Shown here: positions 10,864 to 20,295 of the stretch, in pieces
Numbering within the stretch: position 1 is the stretch's first letter
Layout: every line of letters starts with the position of its first letter
Origin: Acidobacteriota bacterium
Lineage (GTDB): Bacteria; Acidobacteriota; UBA6911; RPQK01; JAPXNP01
Length of the DNA stretch: 32,889 nucleotides
Assembly (NCBI GenBank): GCA_033811955.1
Contig: JAPXNP010000001.1
Location: forward strand, 1 to 32,889
Direction of reading: 5' to 3'
Translations under genes and position numbers: made by a program
Notes under the pieces: generated by a model
What the model was told of the DNA's origin: nothing
The model's database searches: none
Seen by the model: only the letters and a program-made list of their open reading frames with translations

Positions 10864-11397
10864 ATGTTATTGAAGCTGAACAAACGCAACCGGTTCGGAT
10901 CCACGGCCGTACTCGTCCTGGCCGTTGCGCTGCTCGCGTGTGGGCAGGATTCCTCGATGCGGAAATCCGCCGACCTCCATCCGGGAGGAGCGACGGCGGA
11001 GCCGGGCGGCCCGGTTCTCGACTTGGTCAAAGCGTGGACGACGGCTTTGAATCGGCGTCCCCTCTCCGTTGAAGCGTTTTACCACGCGGATGCGGTCCTC
11101 CTGTGGCCCGGACGAGAGGTTTCCCCAGGCTCTCGGGAAATCGAAAGGTACTTGCAAGACGCATTGGCCGATGTTATTTCGTTTACTTACCAGTCCCAGT
11201 CGCAAGGGGTTGAGGAACACGTCGCCTGGGAGAACGGGCGGTTTGTGGTTGCCTTTGCCGACCCTTCGGCCGCGCAAGCAGGATCGATCTTGAGGGTTCT
11301 TCAGTTGGACGCCGACGGAAACTGGCGAATCGTGCGGGAAGCCTGGAACTTCTTGACCCTGGAGGAGGGAGAGGGCCTCCGACCGCAAAGGCGCTGA
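10864..11397 (+). CDS. Lipoprotein with NTF2-like (SnoaL/DUF4440-type) domain
   Basis: The ATG at 10864 gives MLLKLNKRNRFGSTAVLVLAVALLACGQ, a lipobox LLAC. The body (LVKAWTTALNRR...VLLWPG...ENGRFVVAF...DADGNWRIVREAW) looks like an NTF2-like fold. The domain call is by pattern only. Confidence 0.55.
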   Translation: MLLKLNKRNRFGSTAVLVLAVALLACGQDSSMRKSADLHPGGATAEPGGPVLDLVKAWTTALNRRPLSVEAFYHADAVLLWPGREVSPGSREIERYLQDALADVISFTYQSQSQGVEEHVAWENGRFVVAFADPSAAQAGSILRVLQLDADGNWRIVREAWNFLTLEEGEGLRPQRR

Positions 11398-11460
11398 TCC
11401 TGAGTGTCGGCGGGAAGCATACAGGTTCCCCGCCCGATTCCTTTGAGTCGGGGAAGAACT

Positions 11461-11694
11461 ATGGAGAGTGACGTGCCGCCGGAACATCCTCCGGCTCACG
11501 AAGAAGCTAGGAAGCGTCTGCCAAGCTGCCCGGAATGCGGCTTCGTCGTGGTGGAGAGACCTCCCTCCTGCCCTTACTGCGGAGCCAGGCTGACGGCTCC
11601 CGGATGGAAAAAGGCGCTCGCCTGGCTGCTCCTCGTCTTGATCGGTTACGGCCTGGCGCGTTGTGCCCTTCGCCTCACCGAGGGTTTCGATTGA
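11461..11694 (+). CDS. Small zinc-ribbon membrane protein
   Basis: CPECG-x12-CPYCG zinc ribbon followed by one hydrophobic helix (ALAWLLLVLIGYGLARCAL). The ATG at 11461 follows GGGGAAG. It lies directly upstream of the PP2C gene. Confidence 0.5.
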   Translation: MESDVPPEHPPAHEEARKRLPSCPECGFVVVERPPSCPYCGARLTAPGWKKALAWLLLVLIGYGLARCALRLTEGFD

Positions 11695-11742
11695 GCGGTC
11701 CGCGGAGTACTATACTCTCATCGAGATCGGCTCTGAGATCCG

Positions 11743-12504
11743 TTGGTGAGATATAAACTTTACTTTCAGGCACTCAGCGACCCCGGCTGGTACCGCGAAA
11801 ACAACGAAGACGCTTATTTGACCCGTGATGATATAGGTCTGTTCGCCGTTTGTGACGGACTGGGGGGACATGCGGCGGGTGAGGTGGCTAGTGCTCTCGC
11901 CGTCGAGACGCTAAAGCGATTTCGTCCACCCAAGAATCTGCAGGCGGAATCACCCCGCGAGGCTCTCCTGAAGCTGGTCCAACAAGCCAATTGTGAGATT
12001 CTGCAGGATCAGGCACAAAACCCGGCTCACCGGGGGATGGGAACAACGTTGAGCGCTCTCTGGGTCCCGGAACCCGCCGTGGGTCCGGCATGGGTCGCCC
12101 AGGTTGGGGACAGCCGCATTTATCGGCTGCGCGACGCCAAGTTGGAGCAGTTAACGGAAGACCACTCGCCGGTATTCCGGCTCTTCAAACGGGGCTTGCT
12201 TACCAAGGAAGAGCTTCGCCTTCATCCCCAAAAGCACATTGTCGAGCAAACCCTCGGGCTACGTGCCGAGGTCAAGTGTGACGTGCTTCCCGCGACCGCT
12301 TGGGTCGACGATATCTTTTTGCTTTGCTCGGACGGCTTGACGGACTGCGTCAGCGACGAAGAGATTCGTGAGATCTGCTCGAGCACGCCGTGGAAGGAAA
12401 TGGCGTCGCGGCTGGTGGATCGAGCCCTACGCTGCGGGGGCCATGACAACGTGACGGTAGTACTGGTGCGAATAGGACCGGAAGAGAGCGTGTCGGGCGG
12501 CTAA
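11743..12504 (+). CDS. PP2C-family Ser/Thr protein phosphatase
   Basis: RENNEDAY, FAVCDGLGGHAAGEVAS, GMGTTLSAL, VGDSRIYRL, LCSDGLTD and GGHDNVTVVLV are PP2C motifs in canonical order. Start is TTG at 11743 or GTG at 11746. Confidence 0.9.
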   Translation: MVRYKLYFQALSDPGWYRENNEDAYLTRDDIGLFAVCDGLGGHAAGEVASALAVETLKRFRPPKNLQAESPREALLKLVQQANCEILQDQAQNPAHRGMGTTLSALWVPEPAVGPAWVAQVGDSRIYRLRDAKLEQLTEDHSPVFRLFKRGLLTKEELRLHPQKHIVEQTLGLRAEVKCDVLPATAWVDDIFLLCSDGLTDCVSDEEIREICSSTPWKEMASRLVDRALRCGGHDNVTVVLVRIGPEESVSGG

Positions 12505-12511
12505 CAGAACC

Positions 12512-13588
12512 ATGTCACCCAATGAGAGGGTCATGAGCAAGAACCTAGACGGAATGAATGAACTGAACCTGGGAATTGTGGGAGCCGGCAACATCAGTCA
12601 AACCCACTTGAAGGCCGCCCTTGAGGTGCCGGGCGCCCGGGTGACCGCCGTCTGGGGACAAAACCCAACCAAAGCGGAGGCTCTGGCCCGGCGGGTGGGT
12701 GCGAAGTTCTGCCGTAGTTACGACGAACTCCTGGACAGCGGGGTTCATGTCGTTTTGATCGGTTCACCCTCGGGTCTGCACGCCGAGCAAGGCATCGCGG
12801 CGGCACGGCGCGGCATACACGTCCTGACCGAAAAGCCCCTCGACATAACGGTGGAGCGGGCCGATGCTCTCGTTAGAGCCTGTGAGGCGGCCGGTGTGCG
12901 CTTGGGTGTGTTCTTCCAGAGTCGAGTTGCCCCGGACGTCGTAAAGCTGAAACAGCTACTTGACCGGCATAACCTTGGCCGAGTTTTTCTGGTGAGTGCG
13001 CAAGTGAAGTGGTATAGGCCGCCCGATTACTATCGCAATTCGAAATGGCGCGGCACTTGGGCCCTCGACGGAGGCGGAGCGGTGATGAACCAGGGAATCC
13101 ATACGGTGGACCTGGTGCAGTGGCTGGTAGGAAAGGTGGTTGCGGTGGAAGCAAGAACAGCCACGTTACTGCATGACATTGAGACCGAAGATACGGCGGT
13201 GGCCCTGTTCGAATTTGAAAACGGTGCTCTGGGAGCCTTCGAAGCGACGACCGCCGCCTATCCAGGATTCCCCCGACGAGTCGTGATTTCCGGCGCGGCG
13301 GGCACGGCCGTCCTGGAGAACGATCGACTTCTCTCCTTGCACCGACTGGGCGAATCGGCCGACCTGTTATGCGATGAATCGGACGGCGAGAGTAACCCGA
13401 CCCAGTCCAGTCCCGTAATTGCCGAGATCTCGGGGCATCGACGGATCCTCGAGGACTTTCTTCGAGCGATCCGTGAGAACCGTGAACCGATCTGTTCAGG
13501 CAAACAGGGACGGGAAAGTGTCGCAATCGTTGAAGCCTTATATGAGTCAGCCAGAACCCGTCGGCCCGCAAAACCTCGGTCTTGGTGA
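12512..13588 (+). CDS. Gfo/Idh/MocA family NAD(P)-dependent oxidoreductase
   Basis: N-terminal Rossmann motif LGIVGAGNISQTHL, EKPL motif (LTEKPLD), 358 aa, with a typical C-terminal alpha/beta domain. Confidence 0.85.
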   Translation: MSPNERVMSKNLDGMNELNLGIVGAGNISQTHLKAALEVPGARVTAVWGQNPTKAEALARRVGAKFCRSYDELLDSGVHVVLIGSPSGLHAEQGIAAARRGIHVLTEKPLDITVERADALVRACEAAGVRLGVFFQSRVAPDVVKLKQLLDRHNLGRVFLVSAQVKWYRPPDYYRNSKWRGTWALDGGGAVMNQGIHTVDLVQWLVGKVVAVEARTATLLHDIETEDTAVALFEFENGALGAFEATTAAYPGFPRRVVISGAAGTAVLENDRLLSLHRLGESADLLCDESDGESNPTQSSPVIAEISGHRRILEDFLRAIRENREPICSGKQGRESVAIVEALYESARTRRPAKPRSW

Positions 13589-13678
13589 TCCTTCGTAACG
13601 GCGAGGCTGATCGCTTCGTCCGCCGACCTTCGCGCCTCCTCGGCACGGAAGGCGACCTGATCCCTCGTCCACCGGGGC

Positions 13679-13715
13679 GGAGCCGCAGAGAAGGGGACCC
13701 CACCCTTGCGGCTCC
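13679..13715. terminator. Strong GC hairpin between convergent genes (possible bidirectional terminator)
   Basis: GGAGCCGCA (13679-13687) pairs with TGCGGCTCC (13707-13715), and an inner AAGGG/CCCTT helix adds more pairs. It lies between the stops at 13588 and 13732. No clear U-tract, so terminator function is inferred. Confidence 0.4.
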
Positions 13716-13731
13716 AGAGTCGGCAGAGGAT

Positions 13732-14538
13732 TTAGGCCGGCGCGCCGGCAGGCTCCAGGACTACGGACATGCCTCGCGAGACCTGAAGAACTTGGCTTGC
13801 GGGACGCCGGGCGACGGCAATTTCCAAAAAGCCGCTGCTACCCGTCAAGGCGATCGCCTCACCCTCGGCACCCTGGGAATAGTACTCCACGAGGCGCTCT
13901 ATCGTCTTGTTTCCAATACGCAAGCGCCATTGCGGATGCCGCGTACGGAATTCGTCGAGCTCTCTTTGTGTGAAGGTGGTGATGATGTTGCCGAACTTGT
14001 CAATGTGTAGAACCCGCCCGTGCAACCGTCCCGATTTTTCGACGGGCGACGGCAAGGTCAGCAGCTTGTAGTCGCTCACTTCGCTCCCGAAGTTCTCGAC
14101 TGCGATACCTTTCGCAAGCCAGGCGGCCACCGGTCCGAGAATATCGCGGGCATGGAAGGTCGGACAGACCGGGTGACGGTAGTAATGCTCCGCTTCGACC
14201 GCAATCACCCGAGACGGGGGATCCTGACGAAAGACCAAGGAAAGTACACCGTTGTCGGGCGCCACGTACCGATGTCGGTCCGTCACGGCAATCAGGACCC
14301 GCCGCTCGGATCCCACGCCGGGGTCTACGACGATCAAGTGAACAGTCCTGGGGGGGAACCAGGGACAACTGCCCGCCGCCGTAAGCGCCCCGGCCAGAAC
14401 GTCGTGAGACGGGACCTCGTGGCTTAGGTCCACCAGTTCAATCTCGGGATGCACTTCCAGGATCGAGCCTTTCAGGGCTCCGACGTAATATTCTCGTGTA
14501 CCGAAGTCAGTGATCAGGGTCAACAACGGACGTAGCAT
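13732..14538 (-). CDS. SAM hydroxide adenosyltransferase / chlorinase-fluorinase family (DUF62)
   Basis: [36 protein letters not shown] and VAPDNGVLS are characteristic of the DUF62 SAM-cleaving family. 268 aa. Confidence 0.8.
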   Translation of the reverse strand: MLRPLLTLITDFGTREYYVGALKGSILEVHPEIELVDLSHEVPSHDVLAGALTAAGSCPWFPPRTVHLIVVDPGVGSERRVLIAVTDRHRYVAPDNGVLSLVFRQDPPSRVIAVEAEHYYRHPVCPTFHARDILGPVAAWLAKGIAVENFGSEVSDYKLLTLPSPVEKSGRLHGRVLHIDKFGNIITTFTQRELDEFRTRHPQWRLRIGNKTIERLVEYYSQGAEGEAIALTGSSGFLEIAVARRPASQVLQVSRGMSVVLEPAGAPA

Positions 14539-14758
14539 GACGGATCTCCCAAATGCCGGCTGCTCTGAAAGGCGCCGCCCCCCGGCGACGGGGCGGGCGT
14601 CCCGCTTCCGGTTATTCTATCGGCAAGGAATGAAGGATGGTCCAGCAGGTCGGTGTTCCACACACCGTCCACCCGCACCCCTACGCGGGCGGTCCGCCGG
14701 AAGGCGGTCGAAAAAGGAGTCGAACTCTACCGTCACCGTTTTAGAGGAGGAACTTGGC

Positions 14759-15265
14759 ATGGAGAGGAGAACATGGCACAGGCCTGACGAGCCTCCGGAA
14801 AATGGAACCCGAGTGAACCCATCGGAGAGCAGAAAGTCGGCACGGCGTAGTTTCGAACGACGACTTCTCCTTTTCCTCCCAGTCTCGCTCTTCGTCGACG
14901 CCTGCGGGAAAAAACCGCGTGTTCTGCCTCCCCCCGGCGGATTCCAGATGAGGCAGGAGGGTCTGGCCAGTTGGTACGGGAAAGGAGACGGCTATCACGG
15001 GAAGCGCACAGCCAGCGGTGAACGATTCGACCGCAACAAGTTGACGGCTGCACACTACAATCTACCGTTCGGTACCGTCGTTCGCGTGACGAACAAGAAG
15101 AACGGGCGTCGCGTGACCGTCCGCATCAACGATCGAATTCCGTTAGAGACCTTGCGCAAGGGACGGATCATCGACCTCTCCTACCGGGCGGCCCAGGTTC
15201 TGGATATGATCCGCGACGGGGTGGTTCCCGTACGCCTCGACATCATCGAGTTACCGAAAGGCTGA
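14759..15265 (+). CDS. rlpA: Septal ring lytic transglycosylase RlpA-like lipoprotein (DPBB domain)
   Basis: [20 protein letters not shown]...LTAAH..LPFGT.VRVTN..NGR.V.VRINDR is the RlpA DPBB signature. The ATG at 14759 is preceded by GAGGAGG at 14744-14750. Lipobox-like LFVDAC. Confidence 0.85.
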   Translation: MERRTWHRPDEPPENGTRVNPSESRKSARRSFERRLLLFLPVSLFVDACGKKPRVLPPPGGFQMRQEGLASWYGKGDGYHGKRTASGERFDRNKLTAAHYNLPFGTVVRVTNKKNGRRVTVRINDRIPLETLRKGRIIDLSYRAAQVLDMIRDGVVPVRLDIIELPKG

Positions 15266-15512
15266 CAGGAAAGCGCCTTCTGCAATGCCGGGACAACGGC
15301 AACGGCTTGGACATCCCCCCCTTGCTTCTTCCCGCGGCCCGGGCGGCCGCCGTCTCCCCGCGTCCGTTTGTCGACGAGTCAGCTTCGTCATGCACTGGAC
15401 CGCAGACGGCTCGCTTTCGATCGCCGATGGAATGTTGTCCCACGATTACCGAGACGGTCTCTTGCTCCCGGCGTTCTCGGCAGCCTTGCCGACATGCTCT
15501 GCATCAACCGTT

Positions 15513-16880
15513 TCAGCTCCAGAGTCGATCCCATGAATCGATCTGATCCCATTCCGGAGTGGGTTCAAAATAGCCGGGTTCGGCAAGGTGCCGACGAATC
15601 ACTTCCTCGTTCGGCTCGACGCCCAGACCGGGAGCGTCGGGAACCATAACGAAGCCGTTCCGCACGATGGGCTTCTCGATCCCAAGCACCAAATCTTCCC
15701 AGTACTCAATGTCCACTCCGTGGTGCTCGAGACAAAGGAAGTTTTCCGTGGCTGCCGCGCAATGAACGGAAGCGAGAAAACCAATGGGAGTACCTGCGTA
15801 ATGCATCGCCATGGCCACACCGTTTTCCATGGCGATGTCGCCGATCTTCTTCGTCTCCAGCAGTCCCCCACTCGTAGCCAAATCCGGGTGAACGACATCC
15901 ACCGCCTTTGCCTCGACGAGCCTTCGGAACCCTTCTTTTAAGTAAATGTCCTCTCCCGTACATAGAGGAACGTCGATAGCCAGCTTGATCTCCTTCAGCA
16001 ATTCCGTGAACTGCCAAGGAATCATGTCCTCCAACCAGGCGAGCTGATACTTCTCCACTGCTTTGCCCAGCCGGATACAGCTGTTTACCCCGATATGACC
16101 GAAGTGATCCGAAGCCAACGGAACCTCCATGCCGATAACTTCCCGAATCCCTCCGACGTACTCCCGGAGGTAATCGAGCCCGAGGTCGGTAATCTCGATA
16201 CCGGTGAAAGGATGCATGACCTCATTTACGTCCCGCAGAGACAGACCCAGGGGCCGATTGAGAGCATCCGGAATCTTGTCGAGCAATCCGACGCCGAAAT
16301 CGACTTTCAGGAACGTATAGCCCATATCCATACGGGCTTTCAGACGATGGCCCGCCTCGGCCGCATAGGGCGTCTGAGGTGTATCGCAGTAGAGCCGAAT
16401 CTTGTCGCGAAACTTCCCGCCCAACATCTGCCAGGCGGGGACACCCCAGGCCTTCCCGGCCAAGTCCCAGCAGGCCATTTCAACCGCACAGACGCCTCCT
16501 GCTTGGCGGGCATGGTGGCCGAACTGCTTAATTCGGCGGAAGATCTTGTCAACGCTGCAAGGATTCTCACCCAGAATGCGGCTCTTCAGCATCAAGGCGT
16601 ACCGCTTGCTCGCTCCGTCACGGACTTCGCCGTAGCCTGAGATTCCCTGGTTGGTGTCAATCCGCACGATAGTGCTGGAAAACGGTGCTCTTCCAAGCGA
16701 AGCCACCCGAAGATCTGTGATCTTCAATTGCGAAGGACCGCTGTTCCGGTTCACATTCTGCAGTGAAGCTTCCAGTTCCTCATTGACGTTCCAGCCGGCC
16801 AGAGCGGCTCCCACGCCGAAACTACGCACGAGAAAAGATCGCCGGTGCCACCCGCTGACAGGTTTTGCTCCCACCGCCAC
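15513..16880 (-). CDS. Enolase-superfamily enzyme (mandelate racemase/muconate lactonizing or acid-sugar dehydratase type) with Tat signal
   Basis: Twin-arginine motif WHRRSFLVRSFGVGAALAG at the N-terminus. Enolase-superfamily blocks follow: VEMACWDLAGKAWGVPAWQMLGG, LKVDFG, LAWLEDMIP, CTGEDIY, VVHPDLATSGG. GTG start. Confidence 0.8.
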   Translation of the reverse strand: MAVGAKPVSGWHRRSFLVRSFGVGAALAGWNVNEELEASLQNVNRNSGPSQLKITDLRVASLGRAPFSSTIVRIDTNQGISGYGEVRDGASKRYALMLKSRILGENPCSVDKIFRRIKQFGHHARQAGGVCAVEMACWDLAGKAWGVPAWQMLGGKFRDKIRLYCDTPQTPYAAEAGHRLKARMDMGYTFLKVDFGVGLLDKIPDALNRPLGLSLRDVNEVMHPFTGIEITDLGLDYLREYVGGIREVIGMEVPLASDHFGHIGVNSCIRLGKAVEKYQLAWLEDMIPWQFTELLKEIKLAIDVPLCTGEDIYLKEGFRRLVEAKAVDVVHPDLATSGGLLETKKIGDIAMENGVAMAMHYAGTPIGFLASVHCAAATENFLCLEHHGVDIEYWEDLVLGIEKPIVRNGFVMVPDAPGLGVEPNEEVIRRHLAEPGYFEPTPEWDQIDSWDRLWS

Positions 16881-16994
16881 AGTAACCCCCTTTCCTTAAA
16901 CGTAAAGTGAAAGGAACTCTAGCACACGCCCGCCGGCGTGAAAAGCGCCATCGACCGCAGTTGCCGCGGGACAGAGGCAGAAGGAAAGAGACGA

Positions 16995-17017
16995 GGGGGC
17001 GGCGGCGACAGGCCCCC
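16995..17017 (-). terminator. Candidate intrinsic terminator after the CBS gene
   Basis: On the minus-strand RNA: GGGGGC, an 11-nt loop, GCCCCC, then UCGUCUCUUUCCUUCU. It begins 8 nt after the stop at 17025. Confidence 0.4.
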
Positions 17018-17024
17018 GTCCACC

Positions 17025-17468
17025 TCAAGGGCTGTCAAAGGAACCGGTGATGTAACTTACCAACTGGCGAATGTGGAAATCCTGCTCGGAGATCTTCGCG
17101 TACACCACGTCTCCGATCGACACGACCCCCACCAAACGCCCTTCTTCCATTACCGGAAGGTGACGGATGTGACGGTCCGTCATCAGGGCCATGCACTGCT
17201 CCACCGTGTTCTCAGGTCTAACGAACGCCACCGGCGTCGTCATCACCTCATGGATCAACGTTTCCCGAGAGGACTTCCCACGGAGCACGACCTTACGGGC
17301 GTAATCCCGCTCTGAGAAGATTCCCACCAGCCGCTGTTTCTCCAGGACCATCACGGCTCCGACGTTCTTCTCGGCCAGGACCTTCAGGGCGCGATACACG
17401 GTGTCGGACGGACACACGGAAAACACGGCATTGCCCTTATTCTGAAGGATCTCTCGCACGGTGTTCAT
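17025..17468 (-). CDS. CBS-domain pair protein
   Basis: Two CBS repeats (VMVLEKQRLVGIFSERD and LPVMEEGRLVGVVSIGD). The ATG at 17468 is preceded by GGAGGG 7 nt upstream. The longest ORF starts at a GTG at 17483. Confidence 0.85.
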   Translation of the reverse strand: MNTVREILQNKGNAVFSVCPSDTVYRALKVLAEKNVGAVMVLEKQRLVGIFSERDYARKVVLRGKSSRETLIHEVMTTPVAFVRPENTVEQCMALMTDRHIRHLPVMEEGRLVGVVSIGDVVYAKISEQDFHIRQLVSYITGSFDSP

Positions 17469-17647
17469 CGGACTGCCCTCCACCTTTCAGATTTCGTCCC
17501 GATTCACCACCACCTCAGAACGCCTTGGGAGCACCGGAAATGGTAATAGAGTTGCGAGAAGTATACTCTAATGTAACGGCACCGAACAAGCCCGACAACC
17601 GCTCCCCGCTCTGTTGTTTCCCTAACCCGTCAATTCCGTAACGTAAA

Positions 17648-17671
17648 GGGGGAAGCCGGGCGGCTTTTCCC
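17648..17671 (-). terminator. Candidate intrinsic terminator after oleD
   Basis: On the minus-strand RNA: GGGAAAAGCC, loop GCCC, GGCUUCCCCC, then UUUACGUU. It starts 7 nt after the oleD stop at 17678-17680. Confidence 0.5.
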
Positions 17672-17677
17672 AAGAAT

Positions 17678-18685
17678 TCAGCTCTTCACGGCGGTTTGCC
17701 GGGAAAACCAATCCGCCAACCGCCGGAACCCCTCTTCCATATCGATCGGTGGTGTGTAGCCCAGATCGCGCTTGGCGGCGGAGATGTCGAACCAATGGGC
17801 GGTGGTCAACTCCTCGACAAGGAAGCGCGTCAACGGAGGTTCTCCCGGAAGGGGAAGGATCTTCCAGATCGCCTCCATCACCGCTCCCAGCAGCCAGGCC
17901 GGTCCGGCGGGGAGCGCACCCGGCCGTAGCGGAGGCGCCGAGGCGCACTCCAAGACGCGGGCGATGAACGTCCAGACCGGCATCGGCTCCCCTTGCGATA
18001 TGAAGTACACCTTTCCGGAGAGGGGACTGCCTACTTCGATCTTCTCGGCCGCCAAAACGTGCGCTTCCGCCGCATTGTCGACGTAAGTAAAGTCCACGAG
18101 TTTGTCTTCCCGACCGACCCGACGCAATCGTCCCGTCCGTCCCCGGGCCAGGATTCCCGGAATCAGTTGGGTGTCTCCGGGACCCCACAGCAGGTGAGGT
18201 CGAAGGCTGACGGTGGCCAAATCACTTCCCGCGGCCTCTCTCACCATGCGCTCCGCCACGGCCTTGGTTGCCGGATAGTGAGACCGGTAGCTCTTCGGAT
18301 AGGGAACGTCTTCCGTGGCCCCCTCCATGTCACCGGCGGGAAAAACCACGCTTGGAGAGCTTGTATAGACCAGGCGACGGACACCGCATCTGCGGCAGGC
18401 GCTTAGGACGTTCCGAGTTCCTTCGATGTTGGCCCGAATGAAATCTTCCCTCTTCCCCCAAACTCCCGCCTTGGCACCAATGTGCAACACAAGGTCGACG
18501 TCGCGCACCGCTTCCGACACGGCTCCCTCGTCCGCCAGATCGCCTTGCATCTGCTCCACCCCGAGGGACTCCAGGTGAGGATAGCGGCGCCGGCAGAAAG
18601 ACCGGACCGACCATCCCCGCTCGACAAGCCGCCGGATCACGGCCGTACCTAGGAAGCCTCCACCTCCCGTCACCAATGCGTTCAT
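17678..18685 (-). CDS. oleD: NAD(P)-dependent reductase of the 3-beta-HSD/extended SDR family, OleD-type
   Basis: VTGGGGFLG Rossmann motif and YPATK catalytic YxxxK. It is the last gene of an oleA-B-C-D-ordered set, and its ATG overlaps the oleC stop (ATGA at 18682-18685). Confidence 0.8.
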   Translation of the reverse strand: MNALVTGGGGFLGTAVIRRLVERGWSVRSFCRRRYPHLESLGVEQMQGDLADEGAVSEAVRDVDLVLHIGAKAGVWGKREDFIRANIEGTRNVLSACRRCGVRRLVYTSSPSVVFPAGDMEGATEDVPYPKSYRSHYPATKAVAERMVREAAGSDLATVSLRPHLLWGPGDTQLIPGILARGRTGRLRRVGREDKLVDFTYVDNAAEAHVLAAEKIEVGSPLSGKVYFISQGEPMPVWTFIARVLECASAPPLRPGALPAGPAWLLGAVMEAIWKILPLPGEPPLTRFLVEELTTAHWFDISAAKRDLGYTPPIDMEEGFRRLADWFSRQTAVKS

Positions 18686-20295
18686 CGCTCTTCCTCTTGG
18701 ACCCGCTCAGCCAGTCGTTCCCGAAGGATTTTCGCATTGTGCCGAGGATCCACGGGAAAGTCACGAAGGAACACGATGCGTCGAATCGAGCGCGTCGCCA
18801 CTTCCGCGGCGGCTAAAGCCGACAGCTCGCGGGTCAAAGTCTCTCGCTCCCGCCGGGACAGCCGCCGTTTGGGTTCCACACAAAGAACCGGCTCCTGGTT
18901 CCCCGGCAAGCCGATCCCGACCAACGCACTGCGCTTGACCGCCTCGTGAGCGTTGAACATCAACTCCCACGCTACCGGGAAAAGCGTAGTTTCGGCCGTC
19001 GTCACCCGGTGAGACTTGCGGCCGCAAAACCAAAGCCGGCCCGCCTCGTCCGTCCGCACCAAATCACCCATCCGATGGCCGATTCTTCCCCCGCGCAGCG
19101 TCTTTGCAGAACGGTCGGCCTCCGGCCTCCGGTAGTAGCTTGAGGACACGTTCTCTCCCCACACAACCAGTTCTCCCACGTCCCCGGCCTTGACCCGCAA
19201 AGAGCTGTCCCAGGTAGGCAGGCATTCATCGGTAATTCGTATCACCTCCACCTCGACACCTTCCACAGGACGTCCGATGCATACACCGAACCCGGGCCGA
19301 GATCCGAGATTTAGCCTTTCGCCGGCCGAGATCGTGGTAACCGGCAAGGCCTCGGTGGCACCGTAAGGTGTGTGAACATCCGCTTCACCCTGCAGAACCG
19401 AACGGGACTGCTCCAACACCAGATCGGATACCGGGGCCCCCGCACAGAGCACCCTTCGCAGCGTCGGAAATCGAACTCCGCGCTCGACCGCCCAGGCTCC
19501 CAGCCGGCCCAACAAAGCCGGCGAAGCAAACATGTGTGTGACGTTATGACGCCGAATCGCCCCGGCTATCTCCACCGGATCCGCCTTCCCGGGCCGGGTA
19601 AAGTCCATCCGGGGAAAAACACTCGTGGCACCCCAGACGGGATCGAACAGGGCAAACAGGGGAAACGTGGCCAAGTCCACTTCTCCCGACTGCACACCGA
19701 ATGTACGTTGGAGGATCCGAGCCTGGCAAAGAAACATACCGTGGGTGTAAACAACTCCTTTCGGCGGCCCGGTGCTGCCCGACGTGAAAGCCACCGCCGC
19801 CGGGTCCGCCCCGGTGACCAGCGGCAGCGATCGCCTCCCCGTTTTCCCGCCGACCACCAGAGTTCGCCACGACCGTGAATTCGGCGGACCCAAGTTCCCC
19901 ACGGTAATCCACACCCGCAGCGAGTCTGAGGCCCAGCGCAACAGCCGCAACGCCCAGACGGCCTGAGGAACCCCGACCATACCTTTTGGACCGGACTCCT
20001 CAATGCACCGCCGAAGGTTGGACCGACCCATCCCGGGATCCACCAACACCGGAATCAATCCCGACCGAGCCATAGCAAAAGCCGTAACGAGCATTTCCGG
20101 CCCGGGGGTCACGAGCAACACGACTCGGTCCCCCGGCTCGAGCCCCGTGCCCAGCAGAGCTTGCGCCAGGCTGTCCGCCTGTCTGTCGAGCTCGGCAAAC
20201 GTCAAGCTCCCACGGCGGCTGATGACGGCCGCCCGCTCCGGTGCCTGGGCCGCAGTCTCCCGTAAGACGTCCGCAACAGTCTCAATCCGAGGCAC
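18682..20295 (-). CDS. oleC: AMP-dependent synthetase family, OleC-type beta-lactone synthetase
   Basis: AMP-binding core FTSGSTGPPKGVVYTH, TPYGATE and GDLVRTDEAGRLWFCGRKSHRV. It sits between the OleB- and OleD-type genes and overlaps oleB by 14 nt. Confidence 0.8.
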   Translation of the reverse strand: MPRIETVADVLRETAAQAPERAAVISRRGSLTFAELDRQADSLAQALLGTGLEPGDRVVLLVTPGPEMLVTAFAMARSGLIPVLVDPGMGRSNLRRCIEESGPKGMVGVPQAVWALRLLRWASDSLRVWITVGNLGPPNSRSWRTLVVGGKTGRRSLPLVTGADPAAVAFTSGSTGPPKGVVYTHGMFLCQARILQRTFGVQSGEVDLATFPLFALFDPVWGATSVFPRMDFTRPGKADPVEIAGAIRRHNVTHMFASPALLGRLGAWAVERGVRFPTLRRVLCAGAPVSDLVLEQSRSVLQGEADVHTPYGATEALPVTTISAGERLNLGSRPGFGVCIGRPVEGVEVEVIRITDECLPTWDSSLRVKAGDVGELVVWGENVSSSYYRRPEADRSAKTLRGGRIGHRMGDLVRTDEAGRLWFCGRKSHRVTTAETTLFPVAWELMFNAHEAVKRSALVGIGLPGNQEPVLCVEPKRRLSRRERETLTRELSALAAAEVATRSIRRIVFLRDFPVDPRHNAKILRERLAERVQEEER

